Assembly (NCBI GenBank): GCA_020536535.1
Contig: JAHLWZ010000505.1
Coordinates: forward strand, 124,001 to 188,000
DNA: 64,000 nucleotides
Source of the DNA: Pelomyxa schiedti
Taxonomy: Eukaryota > Protista > Evosea
Direction of reading: 5' to 3'
The notes beneath the pieces are model-generated. The model did no database searches, was not told the DNA's origin, and saw only the letters and a program-made list of their open reading frames with translations. How positions within the stretch are numbered: position 1 is the stretch's first letter; every line of letters starts with the position of its first letter. Below are positions 23,941-38,121 of the stretch, piece by piece. The translations under genes and the position numbers were made by a program.

Positions 23941-24135
23941 GTATCACGTCTCAAGAACCTCGCCAGATACCAGATGTTCCGCTAAATCACAGTGATGTGG
24001 GACACCCACATTTTAAATTAATTCGTTTTTCTCGTTTCCTCACGAGGAGTGGTAACTGACAACAACAAACACTGAGATTGCGTTGTTGTTGCGTGATTGA
24101 TTGGTTGGTTGATACTGCCCAAGGGGGGAGGGTTG

Positions 24136-26603
24136 ATGTTCAGCACGGAGGGTTTCGGTTCGTACGTGACTGATGGGGAGTTTGCTGATGTGAGGGTGGT
24201 GGTGTCATCAAAAGGGTATCCTGTGCATATGGTGTTACTGGCCTCTGCTTCGTCGGTTTGTTTTTCCCTTTTTTTTTTTTTTTTTAAATTTGTTGTTGTT
24301 GCGGCGACTCACTTTTTTTTTTTTTTTCTTTGTACAGTATTTTGCAGACACGTTTAGGAAGTTGGATGCACAAAAGCCAATTTTCAGGTAGGAGACCAAT
24401 CAGTGTGCTTTAGAGTGAATGTTGTAATAGACGCACAACGAGCATTGGATCACCAACACTGGGAACCTTAAGAGGAACTTCATCACCTTCTCCTCCAGCA
24501 CCAATTGTGGCAAACTCTCAAGGTTTTCCACTCAGAAAGTCTTCTTTAGTAACTCAACATTGTTTCAGAGGTCACAAGTTCACCCACTACAACACACGAA
24601 CACAAGCACCACAGTCACTCACACAAACGACACAATAGACACACACACTCATCACATCCAGCACCATCATCCCAGCCAACACTGTCACAATCCACAGTTT
24701 TCTTGAATGGAGAAACTCCAAATAGCACACAAAAGGTATGGAAAGGGACTACGTTCATATGTGTGACTTTGTGCCAAACAGACAGAAACTGTATTGTGTA
24801 CCTTGATAAGTCATACACCCACTCAGTTACCAGTGGTAGAGTTGCCTATTGTAGATCCAGACAACGTCTTCCCACTTATCTTAGAGTTAGATCACCATTT
24901 TAATTCTTCAGCTCATGAATCTTTTAGATATGTTTATGGACTACCAATAACTGTGACACTAGATAATGCAATACCTCTTCTCTCAATGTCAAACCAACTG
25001 GCAATAACATCACTTGGGCGTACAGTTGCAATGTTGTTTTGAAATATCTTCATTTTGTCTAACTCTTGCCAGGTTTATAGCGAACCATATTACCAGTGAT
25101 AATGCCATAAAAATGTTAAAGAAGGCACTAGAACTACAATCCACTTACACTACAACAAACCCTACAACTGATGATGTCATATCAAAGTGCGTTCTTATAC
25201 TTGCCAGAAACTTCTCCGACTTAGTCAATACAAAGGTAAGGTTGTTTTTTGTTTGTAGGCTAAACCTGCAACAGGGAGAAAGCATCTTCAACGCACTTCC
25301 CATTAATGTTGTATTGGATGTTTTGCGCCACGGGTCTTTGGCTGTGGAGGCAGAATGTCATGTGTGAATTTCTTCCGGTAACATTCTTTACCCTCATTCC
25401 GCCAACTATCAGGTTTATGCTGTTGTTTGTACTTATCTTGGAAATGTCCCCCAAAGTGCTTCCGTGGACTATCACGAACTTGCCACTACCTTGTATGAAA
25501 CAGTGAGGTTTCCATACCTTGATTACGATCACCTTTCTCATGCAATGCAGGCGTGTCATAGAGAGAAACCCTCATTTGATACATAACACTCTCCACAGAA
25601 TCCATGGGTTCCTCGTAGCATGCTGGCGGAAGGAGTAGTTTATCGTCTCCTAAATTTTGAAGTATCCCCAAGTGTACACGTGGAATCGCTTCCTTCAAGG
25701 TTTGGTTTACAATGAGTGACGCCCATAATTTCCTTCTAGGATAGCACCCAGGCCTGCCTTTGCGAGGATATTTGAGTATTCATACGATTTTGATAAAAGA
25801 GGAGTTCTTTACTATCTTGCCACAAATGGCTGTGTTGACGGTTATAGTAAATTCCCACTTTTCCCTGTAACTCTCACTAGAGTGGAGAAATCCTGCAGCT
25901 ACTAAACGAATCAAAGTCACTGCCTCATCAACAGAAAAAGGATCATGCCAAACAATCGGCGACTTAGTCCCATCTGAGTGGTGGACGGCAGTATGCACAA
26001 CTTATCACACTCACCGGCCCCTAATTCTTGATTCAGGATGTGCCTGCTTCTTGGGTACAAGTGGCTCTACAGCATGGTTTTGTTGTAGTTCCCACTTACT
26101 ACAGTCTCCGTCATGGATCAAACTCCAAACACGATTGCCTTAGAAACTGGGTCTTACAAGGAAGGTGATTCAAACCGGTCTCTACAATTAAATCTAAGAA
26201 TTCATAGCAACGACGGGAATTCGTGGACAACTCTGCGTAGGCACACCAATGACATGTCAATCAATTCCAACTATGCCACGCATTCCTGGCCGGTTCAGGT
26301 CTGCCAACAGTCCCGGGATTAACTTCTCTCCATTCCCATCTGACTTCCCAACAGGGCACGGAACCGTTCCAATTCTTCCGGGTTCTACAGACAGGAAGGA
26401 ATTCTTCCAATCACAACTTCCTCTCCCTATCTGGATTTGAGTTGTATGGCGATTTGCACCGGCTCACTGCCGCAGCATCAGCTTCCACACTCCAACTAGC
26501 ACCCACTCCGGCACCAACACCAGTATCATCCAATAGCAGTATCACTGGCACATCACCACCACAGGCGCCTTCTGGTCTCACACTCGGTAAAAAGAGTTCA
26601 TAA
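24136..26603 (+). CDS. BTB/POZ-BACK protein with C-terminal F5/8 type C (galactose-binding-like) domain
   Basis: FADVRVVV...YPVHMVLLAS (BTB); FNALPINVVLDVLRHGSLAVEAE (BACK); PTYYSLRHG..CLRNWVLQG-SNDGNSWTTLRRH..FFRVLQTGRNSSNHNFLSLSGFELYG. 3' end approximate. Confidence 0.8.
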
Positions 26604-26657
26604 AAAAGAATGCAAAGGAAAGTGTAGAACTTTTTTTTTTTCCATTCAGGGAGGAGT

Positions 26658-29405
26658 TCAGAAAGTCTGGCTCAGAATAAGGTCGTCATCAGCCGCTACA
26701 GGCATAGTCACAGTCAGGTTTGGTTGCCTGTTCATCTCATTCTGAATGACCATTTGTGCATAAGGGTGGCCAGACCAGGACCTCCTTGCAACCTATGTGA
26801 TGTTGAGTGAGCATTGGAATTGATGCAAATGAAAAGTGGGCATACTCCATTGTCGACATCCCATGAGAGCATGGCGGCTGCACGGGAAGACGTAGCAGGC
26901 GCACCATCGAGAAGCATACCGAAGCCACCGTTTATAACCTCTCCCCAGCCAACACCACCTCCATTATGCAGTGATACCCAGGTGGCCCCTCTGAAGGCAT
27001 CCCCAACAAAGTTCTAGAAGAATTCGGTTATGTAATGGAATGGAAGTGAAAGTCAAAGAGGAGGAAAAAAGGGGGTGTACCTGGACTGCCATGTCAGCAC
27101 AGAACATAGAGCCATCAGTAATATTAGAGGTCTCTCGGAAGGGAGAATCTGTCCCAGAAACATCATGGTGGTCTCTGCTAATCACCACAGGACCAATTTT
27201 TCCTGAGGACACAGCCGCGTTGAAGGCTTGAGCAATTGTTGATCGTCCCTAAATTGGTTTTAAACGGACTTCCCTAAATACATTGTCATACCACTGCATC
27301 ACAGTAAAGAATCCTAGCTTGTGAGCCAACTACAAGGCCGTTAGCTTTGGCCTGAGTTATCCACAGGTAGTTGTCATCGTATTGCAACTTAAGAGAATCA
27401 GGAAGACCAGGGGTTTCTGGTGTGTGTTACGGCTTCTTGAGAAGAAACTGTTGTTATGGGCACTCACCAGAAAGTGTCTTGATTACATCAGCAGCGATTG
27501 CATCCGTAGTATCAAGGTCAGAAGGCAAACCTGAAGTGCACACCCAGCGGAAAGGTCCAAACCCAAGACTGAATATATCTTATCATTCGTTTTAAATACA
27601 CCTCTCTTGTTATGGAAGGCTTACCACCCATAATGTCCTGTACATAAGAGGGGTATTTGAAGGTTCCGTCGGCCTTCAGAATATCTGCGCCAGCTCGTTT
27701 ACTCTCCAACAAGAAGGAATTGCCATAATCCCAGAATCTCATTCCTTTGGCACACACGGCATTCACAGCCGCAACATGGCGACAAAGACTTGCTTGCACA
27801 ATTTGTTTGAATTTGGCTGGCTCAGCTCCCATCATGGTATTGCTCTTTTTAAAAGGACTCTGAGATGAAATTTTGGGCATTAGGACACACCTCTTCATAT
27901 GTTAAGCCAACTGGGTAGTACCCTCCCTGGAAGGGGCAATGAAGTGAAGTCTGGTCAGAACCTAGCTCGGGAATAAAGGGGGTATCTTCACGGGCCAAAA
28001 ATTCCTGTAGGTACATCAAAAAAAAGTAAAAATGGGAAGGTTTTGTTGAACCCTCAAACCATACCCACAAATCAACAACATTTCCGTGGTACGCAATAGC
28101 GATAGCTCTGCGTTCAGTTCGTGCTTGGTTTGCAGCTTGGACTACTTTAGCTAAGTCGTCAAATGCAACATCAACCCACCCTTGGTTGTGTCGTTTTGTA
28201 ATTGCTGATTGAGATACCTACACCTAATGAGTTTTGCGCACTTTTTGTATGAATAAAACCTCGGCAATGATGGCAACTGCGCCAGCAATTCTAGCTGCTT
28301 TTCCTTGGGCACCACTCATTCCGCCAAGTCCAGATGTAACAAAAACCTTCCCAGACAATACATTGCTGTGATCATGTTTACTGAGTGTAAAATTAAGTGG
28401 TTCACTGACCAGTGCAAGTATTTACGCCCAGCATTCAGAATAGTCAAGGTAGTTCCATGGACAATGCCTTGCGGCCCGATATATCTGAGCCAAGTGAACC
28501 AGGAAATGAGGGAGACAAACCACATACGCATAGCTACCAGCAGTCATTTGTCCGTACATGGATACTCCCAAGGCATACATCCTTTCGTACTCCTCCTTGC
28601 TTGAATAGTTGGGTATAACCATTCCGTTTGTTACAACAACACGTGGAGCATTGGGAGAACTTGACATAAGGTTATATTTTGGGGAATATGGAAGAATGTT
28701 ACCTGGGGAATAGACCCTGTGGGTGCCCAGAGCACATTACCAGTGTCTGTTCATCTGTCAGCGTCGACAAATACTGCATTACTAAGTTGTATTGCCCCCA
28801 GTGAGAGAAAACACTGCCATTTCCTCCGTATGTAACCAACTCGTGAGGATACTGCGCAACAGCAGGATCAAGGTTATTCATGATCATAAGCATTATTGCT
28901 GCTGCATGCTTGCTACTAGCTTTTATTTACCCAAAAAACAAAACAAAAAAAAAAGTCAGAGCAAATAACCAGTAATTGGGGATTATTTGTCCATTTACCT
29001 GGATAGAACGAAATCGGGTAAGCCTTCATTGGGTAGGCCTTTGGCCTGAACCTGTACATGTAAATGTGCCCGTAAGTAGCCAGCTCCGTGGCAAACTCGG
29101 GAGCCAACTTGGCGTGGTATTGTTTTGGAATGTAGCGCAGTGCGTTCCTAAGTGCCTGTCTCTTCTCTGGCATCGTTAACACCTTGTTTGTTGGTGTAAG
29201 AATTTCTTATTCCTGGCATGTTGGGGTTTTTTTTTTTGTTTTCAAATATGTTTATAAAAAAAAGGGGAAGGACAACCTGAGCCTTTATTGGAGCGTGAGG
29301 GACGCTTGGATCTCGTGCTATTACGACGGACGTTGGTGGTGTCATGAATTCCTCATCCTCCAGGGGAATCCCTCCAACCAATAAACGACGCAGCACCGCT
29401 TCCAT
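26658..29405 (-). CDS. UROC1: Urocanate hydratase (eukaryotic long type)
   Basis: PHAP, ALRNALRY, YGHIYMYRFRP, MIMNNLDPAVAQYPHELVTYGGNG, QMTAGSY, DQTSLH, FWDYGNSFLLE, YPSYVQDIMG, GATWVSLHNGGGVGWGEVINGGFG. Confidence 0.95.
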
Positions 29406-29622
29406 TTTATTCTTCCCGGCGATGTAGATTAAACTCGTTTTGTTGCAGCGAAAAAAAGAATGGAAGAGTCGGTGTCCCTCTCACAATAAGAGTCTTTTTT
29501 GTTTTCGCTTTTGGGGATTGTGTACTTCCGCATTCGTGATTCGTGATTCGTGATGCCGTGTTGTCATTCCATGTGAAGGTACGAGGGGCTGTTGGTATGG
29601 TTGCAGAGTTGCTGTTTGTTGA

Positions 29623-32600
29623 TTACTCAGTGGTGGAATGTGTTGTGAGGCTGTGGTCAGTTGCTGTGAATGACAGTTGACTTTGGCTTGGATCAACAAC
29701 TATGCTGCTTGCTGTGGTGCCAAAGAGTTTATTTGCCACAACTCCGGGGAGAAACGGCGAAGTGCCGGTGGATGTAGTAAGCCCGCTGACCGCTTGCACA
29801 TAGCCCAGCTTGGTTAGCATTGTGCCGGCTGCGTTTGCGTTGTGCGTGATACCTAGCTCGGCAACGCGTGCTTGTGCGGTGTACTCAGAAGCAGACTCTG
29901 TGTCTCCAAGTTTTGAATGTACACGAGAAAGCAAGTGATAAACATGAGACTCGGATGGCGACAGCCTACACAGAGCCTCAAGTTCTGTTCTGGCCTCCTT
30001 TTGGAAAATGGTTTGAGTGCTTGGTTTTTTTTTTTTTTTTTTTTGTATTTGGGAACCTGTAGTTTGTCCAATTCAATAAGAACCACGGACCTCATTAGTC
30101 GGGCCAAGATGTACAGTGGGTCACGTGCTACCACATTGCTCAAGCAATCCAGTGCCTTGGTTTTATTCCCTTGTTGGTATTGCGAAATAGCCAAGTACGT
30201 CTGCAAAGACGGATTTGAACTAAAGATTGACAAGGCTCGGGTAAAATAGTACTCTGCTTCTTTGCAATTGCCGGTTTTCTGAAGATTGATAAAACCTAAA
30301 CCGTACCTATGTACGTTAACACCATATTTGTAGGGAATGCTACCATCCTCTATAATCCCCATCATTCAAAGAAACAGCTTTACTGAACCATTCATAGGCC
30401 TTGTAATAGTCATAAATAGAAGATTGTTAGAAAGTCAACCAACTTTGTCATAGTCTTCAAGGAGGAGGTACTCATGACCAAGCAGGGTACAAGCATATCC
30501 AAAATTGTCATCAAGTTTGTAGGCCTACCCCATCATAAGTATAAAAAGTACAGACAAGTACATGCCTTAGTAAAGTTTTTGATGGCCTTGTTGTGGTCGT
30601 TGCACAGTGAAGAGAAATTTCCAAGAGTACACCATGACTGAGGTGCACTAGGAGATCTTGTGACAAGTTCATGTGAAAGATTCTCAAGTTCGACCTGTTT
30701 TCTTTTGATGTTGGATGATAGTAACAGAGAATTTTATGTTGCACATTTTTTTTCGTCAGCCAAAGAAGGGTAGAATAGAACTCCATGCCATTCAGATAGT
30801 GTGGATACTTGCTATGTAATTTGGAAAACACTTGCAGGGCCTAGAGGGGTGGAAGCTAGATGAAACAGATAAAACGTCGTACGTTTTTGTAGTCTGCAAG
30901 TTCAAAATAAGCTTTTCCTATCTGAGAAAGCACCCAAGGTGTATTGGTGTGTTCCTCACTGAGAGAATAAATAACTTGAAGAAATTCCTCACAGCGATAC
31001 CTTAAGATAATTTTAGAGATTCATACACTACTCTGATCGATTTTTAACTTGGATAAGAGCCAGTACGAAGAGGCCAAAGACATTAGTACTTTCATCAAAG
31101 CACTGGGGAGTGCCTTAGAGTGCAGGAAGGGTTTATCTGAACTGGGATCATGGCATGGTGTATCAGATATGTGAAACGGGTGGAGACTTGGAACCTTTTG
31201 GAGTTAATTTAATGGCACTGTGGAATAAAACTACATCTGGGAACTGTGGCTGGCAAATCTTTTCAGTTTCGTGGCACTGCGCTTTCTTCATCTGAGAAGA
31301 TCCGGAGGGGGGTTGAGGGGGGAGGGGGGTGGCTGTATTGAAAGGGAGAATACTCCTTACTGTATTAGCTTGTTGCGGTGGTAGTTGAAGAGATAAGGGA
31401 GGGGATGCAACAGCGGGGGAGATGAGAGAAAAAGTGGAGGGCGGAAGTGGTGCAGGAGTATTGGGGATGGTGCAGGTGAGTGAATGGGAATCTTGTGTGG
31501 TGGATAATAATTGTAGTGGTATTGGGGTATATGACTCACTATTATAAAAAGAGAAAAAGTTAGCTGTAGTTCCCCTCATGTTTGATTTTTTGTGCCTTTG
31601 TTTCAGCAGTGAAGAAGTAGTCTCTGGAGTGGGCCTGCTTACAGTTGGTGTAACTGAAGGAATGCCGCTGATATTACAGGTATTAGTCTGTATCATTTGA
31701 CTAGAGACCAGCTTTGCAAAGTCTATAGGAGACACGAAGGCACAGGTAGAGGAAGCAGTGTTTCCTTGCGGAGCTATTGAGAATGTTTTGATGGGATTTG
31801 GGGTGCCGGAGTTGTGAACTAGAAGTAATGTTGGGTCACCTTTATAGCCTAATTCAAGATGAGATTAAAGAGAAATCAGACTAAGTTCTTAAGAAAAGAA
31901 CTCACCTAATTTGCACAACTCCTCAAAGGAGCACCACATCAGATTATCTAATTGTAAACTCTGAAGAAAACACTTTTCCGCCTGTGCAGGCTGCTTTAGT
32001 TTCCTGAGGGCAGTGAATGCTACAAAAGAAGAAAATTTCGTGGAACTCTTACAAAAGTAGTTTCCCTAAAAGGTGTAAGCCAGGGCCACCAGTAGGGAGC
32101 ACTGGAGGAACAGATACGAATGTGAGGTATTGCGGACCATCCAGAGGTTTATATGTCCTGATTCTTGGGAGTGAGCTCTCCTCATCCCCAGGAACCAGAA
32201 CTTCAACACCTTCCACGTACCTTCCACAGTCATAACAACATTGAGCCAGTAAGAGCCTGCGAGGAAGAGGAATTTAATTGCGATTAGGATGACGCAACAA
32301 ACGTGCAATTGCAGGAACGACGAGAAATCACTACGCACGAGCAATCAGGTGGGCAAGTCCCCGGCATCTCATTCGATAAATCGATCAGAGAAGATCTCGC
32401 ATTTTGCGGGTCGCAGCAGCGGTAGTAACTCAAAGCGAGTAAATAGCCAGATCTCCAGATCCTGCCTTTCCACTCTGAAACCAACATTGCCATTGACCCA
32501 TAATCGCTATCGGCGGTAGCGCCGCGCGACGACGCCGACGCCGCCGCGTATTTCCAGCGCGAAATGGACACCATTCTCTCGGCAAGAAACCTGGCGTTGT

Positions 32601-32685
32601 CGGGCATCAAATGCGACAGAGAGTACTCGCAGTGATGGCACAACGCATCCCACGACAACACCCACTCGTTGTCGTCACCATCCAT
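29623..32685 (-). CDS. CDC27: Anaphase-promoting complex TPR subunit CDC27/APC3-like
   Basis: N-terminal YSLSHLMPDNARFLAERM..YLLALSYYR; central low-complexity region; TPR block GMEFYSTLLW, GNFFSL, EAEYYFTRALSIF, KALDCL..DP..ARL. Confidence 0.78.
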
Positions 32686-32990
32686 CTCGTTCGTTTTTTT
32701 TCCCGTTTCCCTTGCTCCATCTCCTCAGGAACCTCTTCCTCAGGAATATACCGAGTGCCAATCTCGCGTTCCTCCTCCCCATTGTCAACACCCACTGTCC
32801 TCAGGGGTGCCCAGAGGTTTCTTCAAGGAAGATTTTTCGGCCGAAGCCGAATCATTTCTGTTGGGTCTCATGAACGCCTTTCAAAACAAAACAACGAGGG
32901 AAAAAAACCGCCGAACAGAGAGGCAACGCACAACGAAAAATAAAATAGAAAACACTGAGATCCGTAGTAGCAACTCGACAACCCCAACCA

Positions 32991-35900
32991 ATGGAATTCG
33001 GAAGCCAATTCATGTACATATGGCGAGGGGAGCCTGAGGCTGAGGAATTTGAGGAGCCCGAGCCCCCACCCCCGCCGCCGACGGTCACGGCCGCAGCGAC
33101 CCCGAGGCCCTCGTCGTCTTCGTCGTGGTCCCTGGCGAGCCAGAAGGAGCTCAGGCTCGTAATTATGGGTGCCGGCGGTGTCGGCAAAAGTGCCCTGGCA
33201 ATTTCATTTGTTCAGAACCACTTTATTGGTTTGTTGAGTTTTTTTTTTTTTAAATTAAGGTCATTCATTTTTTTTTTACTCACTTTTGGTTACAGAGGAA
33301 TACGATCCTACCATTGAAGACAGTTACAGAAAACAAGTATGCATTGATGGTGAAACAATGTTGTTGGATATTTTAGATACTGGTACGGAAGTCTCTTCTT
33401 TCATTACTTTGTTCTCAAACATTCTTTAAGCTGGACAAGAAGAGTACAGTGCCATGAGAGATCAGTACATGAGAACTGGGCAAGGTTTGAATAAGTTGTT
33501 TTACTTTACCTTTTGTGATTTCATATGTAGCTTTCCTTGTCGTGTACTCTATTTCTTCTAGATCATCCTTTGAGGAGGCAACTACAATGCGGGACCACGT
33601 TTTGCGTATTAAAGATGCCGCCACTGTTCCTCTTCTTCTTGTTGGGAATAAGTTCGTTTCCGCGAATAGTAAAGTTGGTTGACCTTTGTTGCAGGTGTGA
33701 CCTGGAAGTACAGCGACAAGTCACACGAGCTGAAGGAGAAGAACTGGCTCGATCCTGGGGCCTCCCTTTTATAGAAACGTCAGCCAAATCCAGAATCAAT
33801 GTCGAAGAATCCTTCTTTGAACTCGTTCGGACATACAACAGGATGTTTTCTGTCAAGCCTGCAGCAAAACCGAAGAAGACTGCCAGTAGTAGTGGTTTCT
33901 GGAGCAAGGTTAGAAAACTTGCTACGTAGCTACTTGTAAACCCAATTTCTAGTTATTTGGCCGTGATGAAACTCCAGCAACCACAACTCCCGCTGCGGCG
34001 GCTGCCACACCAAAGAAGCCCGCCAAGATGCGCAAAGTTGAGATATCGAGTACCAATATCGCACTTGTGAGCCTTGGTACTACTAAATTTATGTTTGGAG
34101 ATTTGCAATTCCGACTTTCTAAAAGGTGATCTTGCTGAGCCAGCAGAACTTATGACTGGTGAACCTTGTTTTTGTGCGTGTGGGTCAGTTTTGACATCTG
34201 AGAGTAAACTTGTCAAGGAAGACACGAGTACTCTATCTTAGGGGTGATGACAACAATAACTTACTCTCTTCAGGAATTACTGGATGGCGATGCCAGTTTT
34301 GCGGCCAGAATAACACTGTGAGTCTTGTACCTGAGGAGATACCCAAAACCACTACAGTCGACTTCATACTTGCTCCTCCACCAGCCGACGCTATGGCAGA
34401 CTCCCTTGTAGTCTTTTTGATTGATGTATCTGGTTCAATGTGTGTCACCACTGAAGTGCCTGAAATTCAAGTAACTTTTTTTTTCTTCTCCAGTCTCCTA
34501 ACAATGACTTCAAGGCTGAATGGCAGAAATTACGAATGGGTAAGGCAAAAAGTAGAGAAGGGGAGACAGGCAATTATGTAAGCCGTTTGCAATGTGTCAA
34601 AGCTGCCGTGGATACACACTTCCAAAGATTACAAAAGCAGCATCCTAATAAGAAGGTTGTGCTTCTCACTTTCAGCAACGGAGTTGCAATTTATGGCGAT
34701 GGACACGCGCCAGAAACTTCCATTGAGGGTGATAAACTTCAAGAGTACGAAACTTTGTGGGAATTGGGCCATGGGATGGATCTTAACGCTTTATTGCCTA
34801 TCTCCAAGTCTCGAGAGGCACTTTCCAAGAAAGGTACAAAGGACGACATGCAAATTTTTCCTATCAACTTATCGAAATTCAGTGGTTTCACTAGAGGAAG
34901 AAGGTGCAACCGCTCTAGGGCCAGCACTTGTAATTGCTGTTGGATTATGTGCCCAAGTCAAGTCTCGCAGTGAAATCATTATTATGACCGACGGACTTAG
35001 CAATGTAGGGCTTGGGGCTCTTGAAATCAACAATCCTACACAGAAGTGCGCCGGTATTTTTTTTAGTTTTTGCCTTGCTAACAAAAAATTTAGAGAAAAA
35101 GCTACCACCTTCTATACTCAAATTGGTGAGAAGGCACTGGAGACCAATTCCACTATCAGTATAATTGGGCTAGAAGGAAAGGACTCAGGTCATGGGCAGG
35201 CTGCAGATTCGACAAGCTGCGACGTCGCTCTGGAAATACTTGGAAACTGCAGCGATCTTACACACGGAACAGTGAATATTGTCAATCCGCTGGAGCTGCT
35301 GCGGCAGGTCTTTTTATAACGCGTTTTTTTCTTGAGAAGTTCATTGTGACTTATAGATAAGGCTCATTCACCAAAATCCAATAATTGCCACTGATGTGAA
35401 ATTATCCTTTGCCCTTCCTCCAACGGTAGAAGTGGTTGACCAAGAGTACAGAATAGCTTCGAGGATGTCCGGTATGACTTCTGCACCAAAGCCCTCTGCT
35501 GCAGCCACAGATTCTGACTCTCTGGAGTTGGAACAATTGCTCCAATTACTGAAAAAGAAGAAGCAAGAAGCACTTGATGCAGAAGATTTTGACGTTGCCA
35601 AACAAGTTAAAGCAGGTTACTAAGATTCTCACGATTAGTCTTATCTTTTATGAACTTCGAAGTTCAGATATTGCCTTGTGCGAGACTCTCGCAGAAATCA
35701 ATGAAAGAAAGAAAAAAGCCATACAGGATGAGGACTATTCTGCTGCAAAAGAACTCAAGCAAGAGTTTTCTCAAACTCGGGCTAAGATCATAAGTGTCCC
35801 ACCCACTGAAACAACTTCTACCACAACCTCAACCAGTGCTCCTGTGACCACTGAAACAACGTCAACGAGCTCTTCAAAGCATCACCATCATCACCACAAG

Positions 35901-36698
35901 GCAGCTGCCACTGCCACGGCTGCCACGCCGAACGAACTACCTCCACAGTTGGTCATTGGCAATGCTAACGCAGAAATGGATCTTACATATGAACTTCAGG
36001 CTAAGACACGAGATAACCCAGCTCTTAGGGACTCTTTCCCTCACTCTATCCCTGTTCAAGTTGCTCCCCTTTCTTGCAATTCTTTTTTTGTTCTTACCTC
36101 TTGCCAGGTTCAAATGCAGTATACAACTCTCACTGGACAAAAGAATCTCAGGGTCGTTACACGAAGTTGGCAAACAACACCAAATCGCAGTGCCGCAGAG
36201 GAAAGTGTGAACGTGTCTATTGTGGGTCTCCGTGCTCTTCATAGAAGTGCTTATCTGGCATCTCGAAAAGAGTATAATACAGCCCGGAACCTGGTATTCT
36301 CGACTTTGCAGATGTTGAAGCGGGCAGCAAAGACCGACATTCAAATGGAGGAATATTATGTAAGTCCCGCGCAGACAACTAGCCAGTTTTCGTCAATCTT
36401 ATGTTTTGTAGTCCACAACGAGGGAATGTGAGCCACTTGACCAACAATTACAACTGGCCATACAAAACCCCAAGACAGCCAGCTCCGATACCACCGCCAA
36501 GCTTCTCTACAAATGCAAATCCTCCACAAAGGTAACAAGGGGCTAAGCCCGCCCCCTTTTAACAAACATACTAACTGATCAAAACAATAGAACATGCTGC
36601 TATCCGGCCGGCTCAAAACAGCCGCAGTGAAACACAGGCAAGTAGCCAAGGCCCTGCAGGAAGAAGTCCAGCACTTTGGTGTTGAAACCATGTATTAG
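32991..36698 (+). CDS. Ras-family GTPase fused to a Sec23/24-like zinc finger, vWA trunk and beta-sandwich (cpRas-like C-terminal module), multi-exon
   Basis: G1 GAGGVGKS, G2 [10 protein letters not shown]3 DTAGQEEY, G4 GNKCD, G5 ETSAK. In-frame splicing (33909-33952 intron) continues into [85 protein letters not shown]. Confidence 0.85.
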
Positions 36699-36815
36699 TA
36701 TCTGCGGCACTCCTGTTGGCACTTTCGCACCCAAACTCTGTATTGCATAATGCACCAAAATTTCCCTTTTTTTTCGTGCCTGTTCGAAAGGCACGTTCAA
36801 AACCCCAAGGTTTTT

Positions 36816-36915
36816 NNNNNNNNNNNNNNNNNNNNNNNNNNNNNNNNNNNNNNNNNNNNNNNNNNNNNNNNNNNNNNNNNNNNNNNNNNNNNNNNNNNNN
36901 NNNNNNNNNNNNNNN
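36816..36915. other. Assembly gap (100 N, placeholder length)
   Basis: Run of exactly 100 N; the true distance across it is unknown. Confidence 0.99.
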
Positions 36916-37113
36916 GTGCCCGTCGTCCTGGACGGCGACCGGCGGCGCGGCTGCCGTGGGGGTGGCGGCGGACTTATGGGCGTCGGGAGGCACGACGGTG
37001 GGTGTCGAGACTGCAGCGGCTGGCACAGACGAATCCACAGACTTCGTCCCTTGGTCTACGTTGGGGGTGGCGTCGTCCCCATTGACACTCGGCTGCGAGG
37101 AAACTCCGGACAT
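36916..37113 (-). CDS. 5' fragment of a hypothetical gene truncated by the gap
   Basis: ATG at 37113, MSGVSSQPSVNGDDATP..., a GC-rich Ala/Pro/Thr N-terminus like other first exons in the window; runs into the Ns. Confidence 0.4.
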
Positions 37114-38121
37114 GGGTGTATTCGTAGAAAAAAAAATGCAGGGAAAGGAGATTGGGACCGAGGGAAGCCGGCTCTTCACTGCTCAAGCGGGGCACCAGGC
37201 CCCCCATGTTGGATCTGCACGCACAACCCCCCACGGTGGCACCCACTCCAGAAGTTTGTGTGGCTGCTTCAACCGCGGTTCGGTGTCTTCACTTCTCACT
37301 TTTTCTCCAGCTTGGTTATTGTGTTTTTATCTGTGGTTTCTTTCCAGTTCAAAGCACTTCATGTCTCAGAGATTCACAGTTTTCGGTTCCCAAAAAACCC
37401 ACCACTGGCCCCGTAACAGGAATAATGGGAGTTTGATTGCAGTTGCACACCTTGCCTGGTTCTCTTCCTCACGAACTACACTGCATGATGCCCAACCAAC
37501 AGAGCATTTCTTCTGTGTGGTGTGAGATGAAGCACTTGGTGGACTGGTCCAGCTGATGTTGTTGGGGTTTTGGATATATCCTGAAATCAAGGCTTACAAC
37601 TGATGGCTTTGATTCCAAATGGCCCAGTCTCTACCTAGAACCAAAATGATTGGATCACTCAACTCAAAGCTGGTGAGTTTGTTTTTTCTCCTATGAAAAA
37701 AGGCCACTGGGAGACTCTGATTTCACAAGTCATTTTCACATCAATTTCTCTGACTCACTGATATCACTGACACTAAAAGCAGTGGAGGTTACAACAATGG
37801 GAGCAGCAGTCACAGTGCCATCTGCAACACTTGCCATTGCACTCACATCATTGGCAGATGTGGTCATGGTCACAGAAAGGACCATGGTGGGTGCATGGAA
37901 AGAAACGCAATGGACAATGGCACAGAAACAGTGTGACAAATCACAGAATCTATAGAGCATCAAAACAAGTGGAACGAGACCTGTGGCACAACAACCTTCT
38001 TGCTGAACAACAAGCCTACTCGTGACTTCATGATGGACTTTCAAAGTACTGGCTTTGAGCATGTGGTTCATTTTCCTAGCTTCCCCCATGAAGCCGGCTT
38101 CCCTCAGTCTCAGAACATGAC

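Noticed and set aside
33537-33929. Stand-alone Ras gene ending at 33929
   Set aside because: No CAAX, and the stop lies in a GT-AG intron whose removal continues the frame into the vWA module.
37150-38110. Short ORFs on both strands left of the inverted repeat
   Set aside because: No coherent spliced product or recognisable motif.
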